IMG/VR virus record: IMGVR_UViG_3300023235_000008
Span: 1-64,000 of that record
Direction: 5' to 3' (one strand)
DNA length: 64,000 bases
Positions 46,281-54,993 of this stretch are shown in pieces (position 1 is the first letter of the stretch; every line of letters starts with the position of its first letter). The notes under the pieces are model-generated. The model saw only the letters and a program-made list of their open reading frames with translations. It was not told the DNA's origin and did not search any database. A program made the translations under genes and the position numbers.

Positions 46281-46592
46281 ATGAAGATCGCAGCAGCATT
46301 GCTAGTAGTAGCAACCCTTGCGGGATGTTCTTCTACCCATCGTATGGATATTTATGACCTTCGTTATATGAAGATTGATTGTGCAAATAAAGAAGCGCAA
46401 ATCAAGTTTCTTGAAACGCAAATGTCAACCGAATGGGATCGTTTATCTGCAACCTACCATACACGTGGAATGCTTAGTGGATTGATGGGGGCTATCAACG
46501 GCACCTATACACAACAGAAGGCACTCGCTGATCGTGAATATGATAAGATTGCTAAAAATTTGATTTGGGATTTAAGAACCCAATGCCCGTAA
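46281..46592 (+). CDS. Putative lipoprotein
   Basis: MKIAAALLVVATLAGC lipobox. Confidence 0.7.
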   Translation: MKIAAALLVVATLAGCSSTHRMDIYDLRYMKIDCANKEAQIKFLETQMSTEWDRLSATYHTRGMLSGLMGAINGTYTQQKALADREYDKIAKNLIWDLRTQCP

Positions 46593-46611
46593 CTTTTAAA
46601 GGAAACACACC

Positions 46612-46896
46612 ATGAGTGATAAAAATGTAGACTACCTTAGTGAACTATTACCGCTAATTAATTATGCGTATCACCCTATGCCGAAGTTTGAATTCACTTT
46701 TCAATTTCCAGTAGGCGACAGCACGGTTTCATTCGCTATTCCTGCCGATGATTTGGGCATGGATGATGATACGTTTCAAGCAACCGACGATCAGTTAAAG
46801 ATTGCGGCGACTATTGCTATCGCTAAGTTTGAACATTTTGTTGAACGTGAAAGCGGACGCCTAACCAATCAGTTATTTAAAGAGACTGAACTATGA
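46612..46896 (+). CDS. Hypothetical protein
   Basis: AAGGA SD; 94 aa. Confidence 0.65.
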   Translation: MSDKNVDYLSELLPLINYAYHPMPKFEFTFQFPVGDSTVSFAIPADDLGMDDDTFQATDDQLKIAATIAIAKFEHFVERESGRLTNQLFKETEL

Positions 46897-46942
46897 CATC
46901 AAAGAGGCGAGTTGAAGTCACAAATTTGGACCAATTTTACGG

Positions 46943-47491
46943 ATGATATTCCCAATGGCGAAAATCTTAAAGTATAGTATTCTTGCAAGTGTCTTGTTTG
47001 CTACACCTGTAGCTGCCGAGTGCGTCTTAAAAGAAACCACTAATGCAAAGCAACTAGGCACTATTGAAAGCGTTCGTAACATTACAAAGAACGTTGTTCC
47101 GTGGCGTGAAAACAAGCAGAAGTGTATGGTTTCATTCGAGGCACAAGTCGATGGCAACTGGCATCAGGGTCTTGGGTCTTATGTATTCCATAAAGATGAA
47201 GGCAAAGCGTGTGCAGTGGCATATGAAACTGGTAAAAAGTTAATGCTTGAAGAGTTATATCCACAACAAATCCGTAGCAAGGCTGAACTTGTTTGTGATG
47301 ATTCAAATAAAGAAAAGGATTTAACTGGTTTAGAAGGCTTATCTAAAATCAGTGGCAATAGATTTGTATACCAAGGAAAAACGTGCGACCGCTATTTTGA
47401 AACCGTAGTAGAAGGTCGTGACCTATATCAATGGACTGTCATTATGTGTCAACTACGCCCAAACCGTTGGGTTGAAATGGATCGTTACTAA
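46943..47491 (+). CDS. Secreted hypothetical protein
   Basis: Signal-peptide-like start; Cys pairs. Confidence 0.7.
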   Translation: MIFPMAKILKYSILASVLFATPVAAECVLKETTNAKQLGTIESVRNITKNVVPWRENKQKCMVSFEAQVDGNWHQGLGSYVFHKDEGKACAVAYETGKKLMLEELYPQQIRSKAELVCDDSNKEKDLTGLEGLSKISGNRFVYQGKTCDRYFETVVEGRDLYQWTVIMCQLRPNRWVEMDRY

Positions 47492-47492
47492 A

Positions 47493-47729
47493 ATGTCACT
47501 ATCATCAGCATATCGTGCTAAATTCATTGTATCCATTTATGAAGAAGACGGGGTATCTAGGGTATCCGTTGACAAGAATAGACAAGGCAGGACAGGTAAT
47601 CTTGATCCAGTTGCATATCCACCCGACGAGTTGAAAATGCTTTGGAAGATGTTTATCGGATTAAAGAATGATCCAAAATACAAAGATGCATATGATAAGT
47701 TAAAGTTCATGTATGAGTTAAGTGAATGA
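47493..47729 (+). CDS. Miniature DnaB/SF4 helicase C-terminal remnant plus conserved tail
   Basis: FIVSIY...RVSVDKNRQGRTG; tail DPKYKDAYDKLKFMYELSE. Confidence 0.6.
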   Translation: MSLSSAYRAKFIVSIYEEDGVSRVSVDKNRQGRTGNLDPVAYPPDELKMLWKMFIGLKNDPKYKDAYDKLKFMYELSE

Positions 47730-48040
47730 ACGGAATCAAATCAGGTGCAATGAACGTCATTTCTGGCGGCACTGGCAAAGGTAAATCAGTTATAGATACA
47801 ATGATGCATTCTGACGTTATTATTTCTATACGGCATGGCTTTGGTGATGATGCTTGGGAAGGGCGACGGGTATGTATTGAGAAGAATCGATATACTGGCG
47901 AATGCGGTGTATTACCATCAGAAACTTGTGATCCTGCTGAACTTGATATGTTATTGAAACTGTATTTTTATCTAAAAGACGATCCGAAATACAAAAATGC
48001 ATATGACAAGTTAAAATTTATTTATGAACTAAGTGAATAA
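47726..48040 (+). CDS. Miniature SF4 helicase remnant (Walker A joined to motif H4) plus conserved tail
   Basis: NVISGGTGKGKS, then SDVIISI...VCIEKNRYTGECG; tail DPKYKNAYDKLKFIYELSE. Confidence 0.65.
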   Translation: MNGIKSGAMNVISGGTGKGKSVIDTMMHSDVIISIRHGFGDDAWEGRRVCIEKNRYTGECGVLPSETCDPAELDMLLKLYFYLKDDPKYKNAYDKLKFIYELSE

Positions 48041-48113
48041 AAGACTTGACATAACGATACCAATGTGTGTATAATGATTACAGTTAAACTTTAACAATAA
48101 AGAGGATATCACT

Positions 48114-48710
48114 ATGAATACTAAACTTCTATCGGCAGTTGCCGGTGTAATGTTCTTGGCTGGATGTGCGGCAGACCCCGGTTCGCCAGAAGCCCGTTAT
48201 CAAGCCTATCTTGACGCACAAGAAGCGAAACAAGAAGCCATTCAAGAACAGGTAGACAATATTCCAGACTGGTTTATTGATCCACCACAGAGCAATATCG
48301 CTGTATATACAGTGGGTTCGGGTGCATCCAAAAGTCTGGATATGTCCCTTACCAAAGCAACCCTATCGGCAAAACGTCAGCTTGCAGACCGCATGGCTGG
48401 TGAGTTGAGCGAAGTTATTCGTGAGTTTGCCACCGAGATTGGGTCCAGCGATGATCCAACGGTCTTTGAAGAAATGGAACGGGCGACCAAAAACGTTGTT
48501 CGTAACACTGCGGTATACGGTTATCGTATTGCCAACAAAGAAATCGTAGCTAAATCGGGTGGGGTGTATCAAACATATATCCTATTGGAATACGGTGACG
48601 AAGAAATCAATAAAGTATTGAAACGTGTTATTCAACAGCAACAGCTTGCTGAACGTGATAAGCGTAAAGCTTCTTTGTATAAAGAGCTTGAAAAACAAGT
48701 AGCACAATAA
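48114..48710 (+). CDS. Lipoprotein (LPP20-like)
   Basis: FLAGC lipobox; IPDWF..P, A...A.LSAKRQLA, Y..YILLEY. Confidence 0.8.
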   Translation: MNTKLLSAVAGVMFLAGCAADPGSPEARYQAYLDAQEAKQEAIQEQVDNIPDWFIDPPQSNIAVYTVGSGASKSLDMSLTKATLSAKRQLADRMAGELSEVIREFATEIGSSDDPTVFEEMERATKNVVRNTAVYGYRIANKEIVAKSGGVYQTYILLEYGDEEINKVLKRVIQQQQLAERDKRKASLYKELEKQVAQ

Positions 48711-48728
48711 CGAACATTGATATATTAG

Positions 48729-48761
48729 AAAAGGGCGGTTCCTACGGGTGCCGTCCTTTTT
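48729..48761 (+). terminator. Rho-independent terminator
   Basis: AAAAGGGCGG..CC-TACG-GG..CCGTCCTTTTT, immediately followed by TATAAATA. Confidence 0.85.
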
Positions 48762-48791
48762 GTATAAATAACATATCAGTGAGGATTTAGA

Positions 48792-49697
48792 ATGCGCATA
48801 TCAGAAATAGCTGTCGGCGAAGCACCTATTAGTGACTATCAGACAATAAGCGATGAACCATCCAGTCAGCGGGGTGACCCAACGGCTATCAGTAAAGACC
48901 CAGAAGCATTTGCAAAGCGGTCATCAAGTTTCACTGATAAACGTGATCGTGTTCTTACAACGAATCCAAAAGCAGTTCAGCAGTTAAAGAAAAAGTGGGA
49001 AAAGATTGGCGAAGATGTATATGTTTATGTGGTTAATAGCAAAGAAGCAAGGGATCACACAGAGGTCGGCGTAGTAACTCGTGAATGGCTTGAGACACAA
49101 ATGCCAGCCATTGCCCCACACATTCCACAACACGAAGACGGTATTACTATTTTATACACAAACAACAAGGGTGCCGAGAAGGTTCCTATGACGCCTTGGA
49201 TTATGGCACATCGTCTTGCACACGCAATGGCACGTGGCAAATGGCAAGGTGGTAGGGACATCAATGAATATAGTGAAGCCGAGCGTTCCATTAACGATAC
49301 CGTTGCCGATATTTTAAAGACAAGTTATGGGTATACGCCGCCATCTACTGATAAATATGGAAATGACAGAACATCGACGGTAAGATATGAAAAGATACGT
49401 AAAAAGTTTTTTGAAGAGATTGGCACCTTTCGTTCGGCAAGAAATAAAAAACTTCGTGCTGATTTCGAGTTTTTGAATGAAGTCATTGCACAATACATTA
49501 TCACTGGAAAAATAACATTTAATCCGATTCCGCAGAAAATCATTTTAACGAAGGCTTGGGGTAATGACGCAGATGGGATTTATCTTCGCAATGATGAAGA
49601 TATGTCAAATCAAATGATTCAAACATTATCACGTGACCTTGAATATTATGTAGAAAATATGTTTAGCCAATCTATTGGCCGCATATTTGTGATGTAA
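48792..49697 (+). CDS. Late hypothetical protein
   Basis: TATAAATA at 48763, GAGG SD; MTPWIMAHRLAHA; MRISEI leader. Confidence 0.8.
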   Translation: MRISEIAVGEAPISDYQTISDEPSSQRGDPTAISKDPEAFAKRSSSFTDKRDRVLTTNPKAVQQLKKKWEKIGEDVYVYVVNSKEARDHTEVGVVTREWLETQMPAIAPHIPQHEDGITILYTNNKGAEKVPMTPWIMAHRLAHAMARGKWQGGRDINEYSEAERSINDTVADILKTSYGYTPPSTDKYGNDRTSTVRYEKIRKKFFEEIGTFRSARNKKLRADFEFLNEVIAQYIITGKITFNPIPQKIILTKAWGNDADGIYLRNDEDMSNQMIQTLSRDLEYYVENMFSQSIGRIFVM

Positions 49698-50053
49698 TGC
49701 GTATATTCGAGTTTGACCAAAAAGAGATTCCATCCTTGAAGTTCTATAGTGGCGTCACAGATTCACACTCTGGACAGACAAACGGTGTGTTGTGGGCATA
49801 TGACCCGACAAAATACCAACGAGGCTTCGATGCAAAACAAGTCGAAGGACCGGGCATCTATGGTTACATCGAATGGGTAAGTTATCAGGGCGAAACCCAG
49901 ATTCAAATGATTGAGGTATTGCCAGAGTTCCGTCGCAAGAGCATTGGATCACAAATGGTCAAGGCACTTAATGGCAGCACATCCGACAATGTTGTGTGGA
50001 GTGGCACCACCGATGATGGTGAGAATCTACGTAAGTCTATAGAAAAACTTTAA
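49697..50053 (+). CDS. GNAT-like acetyltransferase
   Basis: IQMIEVLPEFRRKSIGSQMV...TTDDG. Confidence 0.75.
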   Translation: MRIFEFDQKEIPSLKFYSGVTDSHSGQTNGVLWAYDPTKYQRGFDAKQVEGPGIYGYIEWVSYQGETQIQMIEVLPEFRRKSIGSQMVKALNGSTSDNVVWSGTTDDGENLRKSIEKL

Positions 50054-50192
50054 CCGCCGTTTTTATAAATATTCTTATGAAACCTGTACAGGAATGCGAA
50101 CGTTTACTTGACCAACTATCACTCGCTATTGATAATGGTTTGCCCGAAACTTATATAAATACCTTGACAGTTAAGATCAGTATGGTAGTATC

Positions 50193-50226
50193 ACATTATG
50201 AGAGCAAACACATTATGAGAGCAAAC
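50193..50226 (+). repeat. Exact 17-bp tandem duplication over the cca start
   Basis: ACATTATGAGAGCAAAC occurs twice. Confidence 0.9.
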
Positions 50227-51405
50227 GAATTCACCGAGGCGAAAATGAGCCAGTCAAAGTTTCAGCATCTATTGACACCAGCAGTAACGCATCTTGACGA
50301 TGTTATGCGTAAAGGCGGTTTTGAAATCCGTATTGTCGGCGGTGCAGTCCGTGACTTGGTATTAGGTAAAGACCCCAAAGACATTGATATGGCGACAGAC
50401 GCCACCCCTGATCAAATGATTGAAGTGTTTGACCGTGCGGGTATCTCGTGGGTGCCTACAGGCTTAGAACACGGCACGTTGACCGTTGTATTGGACGGTG
50501 AGCCTATTGAAATCACAACCTTGCGTATCGATTCAGAAACTGATGGTCGCCACGCTGATGTAGAGTTTACCACAGATTGGAAAGTTGATGCTGAACGCCG
50601 TGACTTGACGTTCAACGCTATGTCAATGGACTTGGATGGTAACCTGTTTGACTACTTCGGTGGTGTTGAAGACTTGAAGGCTGGTAAGGCTAAGTTTGTT
50701 GGCGATGCTGGTCAGCGTATGGAAGAAGACTTCCTGCGTATCCTGCGCTTCTTCCGTTTTCAAGGCCGTATGCCTACCCCGCAATGGGATAAAGAAACAT
50801 TGTCCAAAGTCGCCGAAAAGGCAGAAGGATTGACTGGTATCTCCGGTGAGCGTGTATGGATGGAATTGACTAAAATCCTGTCAGGTAATCACGCCGAAGA
50901 AATCTTGAAGATGATGGATAATACTGGTGTGGCAGATGCTATCGGATTGCCGATGAATAACTTGAATGAATTTACTCGTGTAAAGCAAATCACTAACAAT
51001 TACAACCTACTGGCAGCATCGTTGGTTGACGATATGAATCAATTGAAGACACTACGAAAGCGTTGGAAGTTTAGCAATAACGAAAATGATATGATTGAAT
51101 TCATTGTTGCTAACCGTGACATCAATATCACAGTAGAAAATGCAAAGCGTTTGATGTCTAAACCAAAGGCACAACCAAGCAAGATTCGTGCAGTATTGCA
51201 CTACCAAGGCAAAAGTAAATTGGCGAATTCATTGAAGCGTTGGAAAGCACCAGAATTTCCCGTCACTGGAAAAGACCTGTTGGCAACTGGTATGACATCC
51301 GGCAAAGAAATGGGTGCGGCGTTGGCAGCAATGCGTAAGCGTTGGGAAGACAGTGACTTTACGTTGAGTAAAGATCAGTTAATCCAACAAAAAAACCCAG
51401 CATAA
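50215..51405 (+). CDS. cca: CCA-adding tRNA nucleotidyltransferase
   Basis: VGGAVRD, DIDMAT, GLEHGT, EITTLR, RRDLTFNA, EDFLRILRFFRF, SGERVWMEL; start uncertain (50077/50215/50245). Confidence 0.95.
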   Translation: MRANEFTEAKMSQSKFQHLLTPAVTHLDDVMRKGGFEIRIVGGAVRDLVLGKDPKDIDMATDATPDQMIEVFDRAGISWVPTGLEHGTLTVVLDGEPIEITTLRIDSETDGRHADVEFTTDWKVDAERRDLTFNAMSMDLDGNLFDYFGGVEDLKAGKAKFVGDAGQRMEEDFLRILRFFRFQGRMPTPQWDKETLSKVAEKAEGLTGISGERVWMELTKILSGNHAEEILKMMDNTGVADAIGLPMNNLNEFTRVKQITNNYNLLAASLVDDMNQLKTLRKRWKFSNNENDMIEFIVANRDINITVENAKRLMSKPKAQPSKIRAVLHYQGKSKLANSLKRWKAPEFPVTGKDLLATGMTSGKEMGAALAAMRKRWEDSDFTLSKDQLIQQKNPA

Positions 51406-51417
51406 AAGCTGGGTTTT
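51392..51417. terminator. Bidirectional terminator
   Basis: AAAACCCAGC-ATAAAA-GCTGGGTTTT between convergent genes. Confidence 0.8.
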
Positions 51418-51442
51418 CGTTAATCTAATCCTTTAAACTATA

Positions 51443-51646
51443 TTAAATCATCATTGCTTCTGCTTCTGATTTTAGTTCTGTCTCGTTAGTAGCTTTGGAA
51501 CGAGAAGCGATAGTTTCATTATCGCCGGGAAGAAGATCAACTTTCGATTTGATATATTCTTTCAAACGGTCAGTAGTGATGTACCCATTGTTAGCTTTGA
51601 TTGCTTCAATGGCATATGGCTCAAGTTCTGCTTCTGTGTGATACAT
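51443..51646 (-). CDS. Hypothetical protein
   Basis: Minus-strand TTGACA promoter at about 51695-51700; resembles the N-terminus of restriction-associated proteins only weakly. Confidence 0.5.
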   Translation of the reverse strand: MYHTEAELEPYAIEAIKANNGYITTDRLKEYIKSKVDLLPGDNETIASRSKATNETELKSEAEAMMI

Positions 51647-51704
51647 AATAACTCCTTTGTGTTTAAGTTAGTATATTACCATACCTAGTATATATGTCAA
51701 GCTA

Positions 51705-52565
51705 TTATTCAAACAATGATGAAAACCTGTCATCTTTTGAGTTGTACATAAGAATCTCAGTAGCTTTCTTTGCTTCGTGACCGCCTTCGACCACCTTGCG
51801 ACGACCGGCAGTATATGTGACTGGGAACCTATGAACTCTAGCTGCCCTATTATCAAAGAACCCGTCGCCAGAATCCCGATTACACAACCATACGTTATAA
51901 TTATTCTCTACAACGCCAATGAGTTTTTCGGTTTCACTATCGGCGAATGCCGCATTATAATCGGCGAACGAATTACGATATGGTGGATCATAGAATGTAA
52001 AATCAGATATTGGAACATTAGACCAATCCCCACACGTGATCACGATATTCTTATTAGATAATAGTGTGTGCCAACATTCCATAACTTCTCTATCATATAC
52101 CGCAGTTGTTTGGGTTAGTAACCCACTCGGTGTGCCATAGCGATTATTGGTGTTTTTGTTAATTTGCCATATACCATTAAACCCGGTCTTCATAAGAAAA
52201 TACAAAGTTGCCGCTTCTTCTGGCATTGACCACTTCTGATAATCATATGCGTGTTCCTGTCGAATATCATAGTAGTATTTTTTACGATCTTCTTTGGATA
52301 ACGGAAGGTATTTCGCTTCGTATGCGTTAATGGTATTCGTAAACTCGCTGTAGTTATTCTTAATCGCAATGTAAATGTTTATCAATGATTGGTTAATGTC
52401 ATTGATATAACAAGTTTTTGGATCATAGCGTTTAATGACGTGTAAAAACATAGCTCCGCCACCAAAGAAGGGTTCGGAGTATGTTTTTACACCATTCGGA
52501 AAGAATGGCTGGTAATGCTTGAGCATTTTGTTCTTGCCGCCAGCCCATATGTATAATGGTTTCAC
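51705..52565 (-). CDS. DNA adenine methyltransferase (D12 class)
   Basis: WAGGK, YSEPFFGGGA, INDIN, GFNG, FYDPPY. Confidence 0.93.
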   Translation of the reverse strand: MKPLYIWAGGKNKMLKHYQPFFPNGVKTYSEPFFGGGAMFLHVIKRYDPKTCYINDINQSLINIYIAIKNNYSEFTNTINAYEAKYLPLSKEDRKKYYYDIRQEHAYDYQKWSMPEEAATLYFLMKTGFNGIWQINKNTNNRYGTPSGLLTQTTAVYDREVMECWHTLLSNKNIVITCGDWSNVPISDFTFYDPPYRNSFADYNAAFADSETEKLIGVVENNYNVWLCNRDSGDGFFDNRAARVHRFPVTYTAGRRKVVEGGHEAKKATEILMYNSKDDRFSSLFE

Positions 52566-53110
52566 TGTTTTAATGCCTTTTCGATAATACTATTAACGTA
52601 TTCTTGTGTGAACCCTTCTTCGTGACCGAAGAAAGAACTGCCTTTTGTATACAGTTCATTCCACACACGGGTGTCTTTAAACACAGCTTCGTCAATAGCC
52701 AACGCTACGTTGAATGTGCGATACATGGTTGACTTTGGTAGAGTACCTGTGCCGCTACAAAAAGTAACATACATAACGTCTGGATTTATATGCTGTGCAA
52801 CCGCCCGATTTTTAAACCAACGCTCACATGCATTTCCTACTGGACCTTGTTTCTTTGCTTCGGCAACCAATACTAGTTGGTCATCCTTATCGAACCACAT
52901 CCCGCCATCGGGTGACATACCAACGCATCCATCTTTGCCAAAGATGCCATTGCCAGTGATTGAAGATTTGCATGTATATCCTTCAATGGTCATGGACTTT
53001 GTATTCTTTAACATTTCGTCCAGTCTTTTAGAATCCGTGTCGTATGCTGTAGTTCCCGCTTGAATACCGCCACGGAAGTCCTTATTGTAAGTGCTTAATA
53101 CTTTTGTCAT
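52562..53110 (-). CDS. EcoRI-like type II restriction endonuclease
   Basis: SPDGG...LVAEAKKQG..GNACERWFKN parallels EcoRI PDGG...LVAEAKHQG...GNAIER; overlaps the MTase start. Confidence 0.75.
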   Translation of the reverse strand: MTKVLSTYNKDFRGGIQAGTTAYDTDSKRLDEMLKNTKSMTIEGYTCKSSITGNGIFGKDGCVGMSPDGGMWFDKDDQLVLVAEAKKQGPVGNACERWFKNRAVAQHINPDVMYVTFCSGTGTLPKSTMYRTFNVALAIDEAVFKDTRVWNELYTKGSSFFGHEEGFTQEYVNSIIEKALKQ

Positions 53111-53128
53111 TTATTTATCCTTTCCAAA

Positions 53129-53214
53129 AATGATTGACATTATTGATTTAATAGATTACACTTCATTTAACAATGATTGACATCATTGATTTAATAGATT
53201 ACACTTCATTTAAC
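53129..53214 (+). repeat. 43-bp tandem duplication of a promoter
   Basis: Two copies (1 mismatch), each containing TTGACA-N17-TACACT. Confidence 0.85.
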
Positions 53215-53239
53215 AATTAGGCACATAGGAACCTCGTAA

Positions 53240-53389
53240 ATGTTAGAAGATATCGATCTTGATCTTAAAGAAGTAGAAAAGTTTCTACAAGATGGCGGCG
53301 ATATGGAAGATTTAATTATCTCTGTATTTATTGAATATGGATATGACCCAGAGACAGCCTTTGAAATGGCTAAATCTTATTTTTTATAG
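53240..53389 (+). CDS. Small acidic protein (49 aa)
   Basis: AGGA SD; MLEDIDLDLKEVEKFL... Confidence 0.5.
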   Translation: MLEDIDLDLKEVEKFLQDGGDMEDLIISVFIEYGYDPETAFEMAKSYFL

Positions 53390-53958
53390 AACTTCGTAAC
53401 ATCTGTAACTAAATTAGCCACATCGGGGTCTGCTAACACGACCGCCAAAAAATCTATTGGTGCCCGAGCGCCAGTGAATGCATATAGTTCTTGTTGGTTA
53501 TCAGAAACAAGGTCTTTTCCGATGTGATAATTTTTCGCTGCTATAGACACAAGTTTTTCTAGCATTCGACTGTCTTGTGTGTGTAATAATGCGCCAAAGC
53601 CCCAAGACGATCCTGATTGATTTCTTCCTCTATATATCGCACCCATATCATTGGATTGTCCAACTTTACTTGCGGTTCCTTCGAACGAGAATTTAATTGG
53701 ATTTTGTATATCTATAATTGGGAAACCGCCACTCGATTCAGATAATCCATATATTAGGTGTCCAGAACCACCGATATAAACACACGGTACATGATACGTT
53801 TTTTCGAATCTACTATGAGATACCCCATAGTGTTCTGTTATACAACTGTTATAATCATCTTGATTAAAATATGGATGATCGCATGGACCTTTTTTATCCA
53901 ACACATTGTAAATTAAGGATTGCGGTAGAAAATTCTTTGTTATTAATTGTTTAGTCAT
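53377..53958 (-). CDS. Hypothetical protein
   Basis: 193-aa AT-rich ORF. Confidence 0.65.
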   Translation of the reverse strand: MTKQLITKNFLPQSLIYNVLDKKGPCDHPYFNQDDYNSCITEHYGVSHSRFEKTYHVPCVYIGGSGHLIYGLSESSGGFPIIDIQNPIKFSFEGTASKVGQSNDMGAIYRGRNQSGSSWGFGALLHTQDSRMLEKLVSIAAKNYHIGKDLVSDNQQELYAFTGARAPIDFLAVVLADPDVANLVTDVTKFYKK

Positions 53959-54301
53959 TAAAATGTCTCTTTCTGTGTGATTGAATTTATAAACTATTAT
54001 ACCATGCGCACAGGTGGTGATTTCAATATAAAAGATTATATAAACATATTGACTATTATTACGAGTATTTGATATAATACATATTTATGGGTTGACAATC
54101 TACTGATTTGTGGGTATAGTTACATCATAATGAAAAGGAAGAGAAAATGCAGATTTATATGGACACCAGCGACAACATTAGCGCCAGCGAAATGGCAGCA
54201 TTTATGTCCGAAATCAACTCTATTTTGGTCAACCAAAACCCCAAGCGTGAAGAAGCCGCCCGTATTATTGAAATGAACGGTCAGGCAGCAGAAGCTAATA
54301 A

Positions 54302-54511
54302 ATGATTTGGTCACTTGTGCTAATATCTGTTTTAACCGGTAATCCTGTCGTAGACTTGAAACCACTTGGTAAGTTTTCTGTATATGGGCATTGTGACCGT
54401 ATGATGCAGAAAATGAATGCGAAACGTGATATATCCGTCAGTTATTTTGACTGCCGCTTGCAGTTACCAAATGGAATCCGTGAAAATAAAGAAAAAATCG
54501 AGGCAAGATAA
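54302..54511 (+). CDS. Small secreted hypothetical protein
   Basis: Hydrophobic N-terminus; Cys pair. Confidence 0.55.
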   Translation: MIWSLVLISVLTGNPVVDLKPLGKFSVYGHCDRMMQKMNAKRDISVSYFDCRLQLPNGIRENKEKIEAR

Positions 54512-54771
54512 ATACAATATGATCGACTAGAATACTACTATTTGCGAGGTACAACAGCCCATTCAAAGATGCTGTTGACCTCTTTTTTTGTGCGGAGATG
54601 AAAAATGGATAGTTTAGAATATATCGAAATGACAGGCTGTGAGCGTATTTTACATCGTGTATCAGCAACAAGCGTTAACACACCGTGGGCAGCAGATGCC
54701 GACAAAAACTTAGAGATTGTCAAACAGTTTTTGGCACATCGTTATCAAGAATTAAAGGATAAAACTTAACA

Positions 54772-54993
54772 TTGGCTAAAGAAGAATTGCTAGAATTAGA
54801 GGGTGAAATCATTGACGTTTTACCACAAAGTATGTTTAAAATCAAAGTGGATAATTCGGAACACATAGTTCTGGCATATCTTAGCGGAAAGATGCGCAAG
54901 TTCAAAATCAAGTTGGTATTGGGCGATAAGGTTAAAATCGAAGTGTCACCATATGACGTTTCAAAAGGTCGAGTAACTTATAGGCATAAATGA
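54772..54993 (+). CDS. infA: Translation initiation factor IF-1
   Basis: [10 protein letters not shown]...LP..MF.....[12 protein letters not shown]....GDKV..E.SPYD..KGR.TYR. Confidence 0.95.
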   Translation: MAKEELLELEGEIIDVLPQSMFKIKVDNSEHIVLAYLSGKMRKFKIKLVLGDKVKIEVSPYDVSKGRVTYRHK

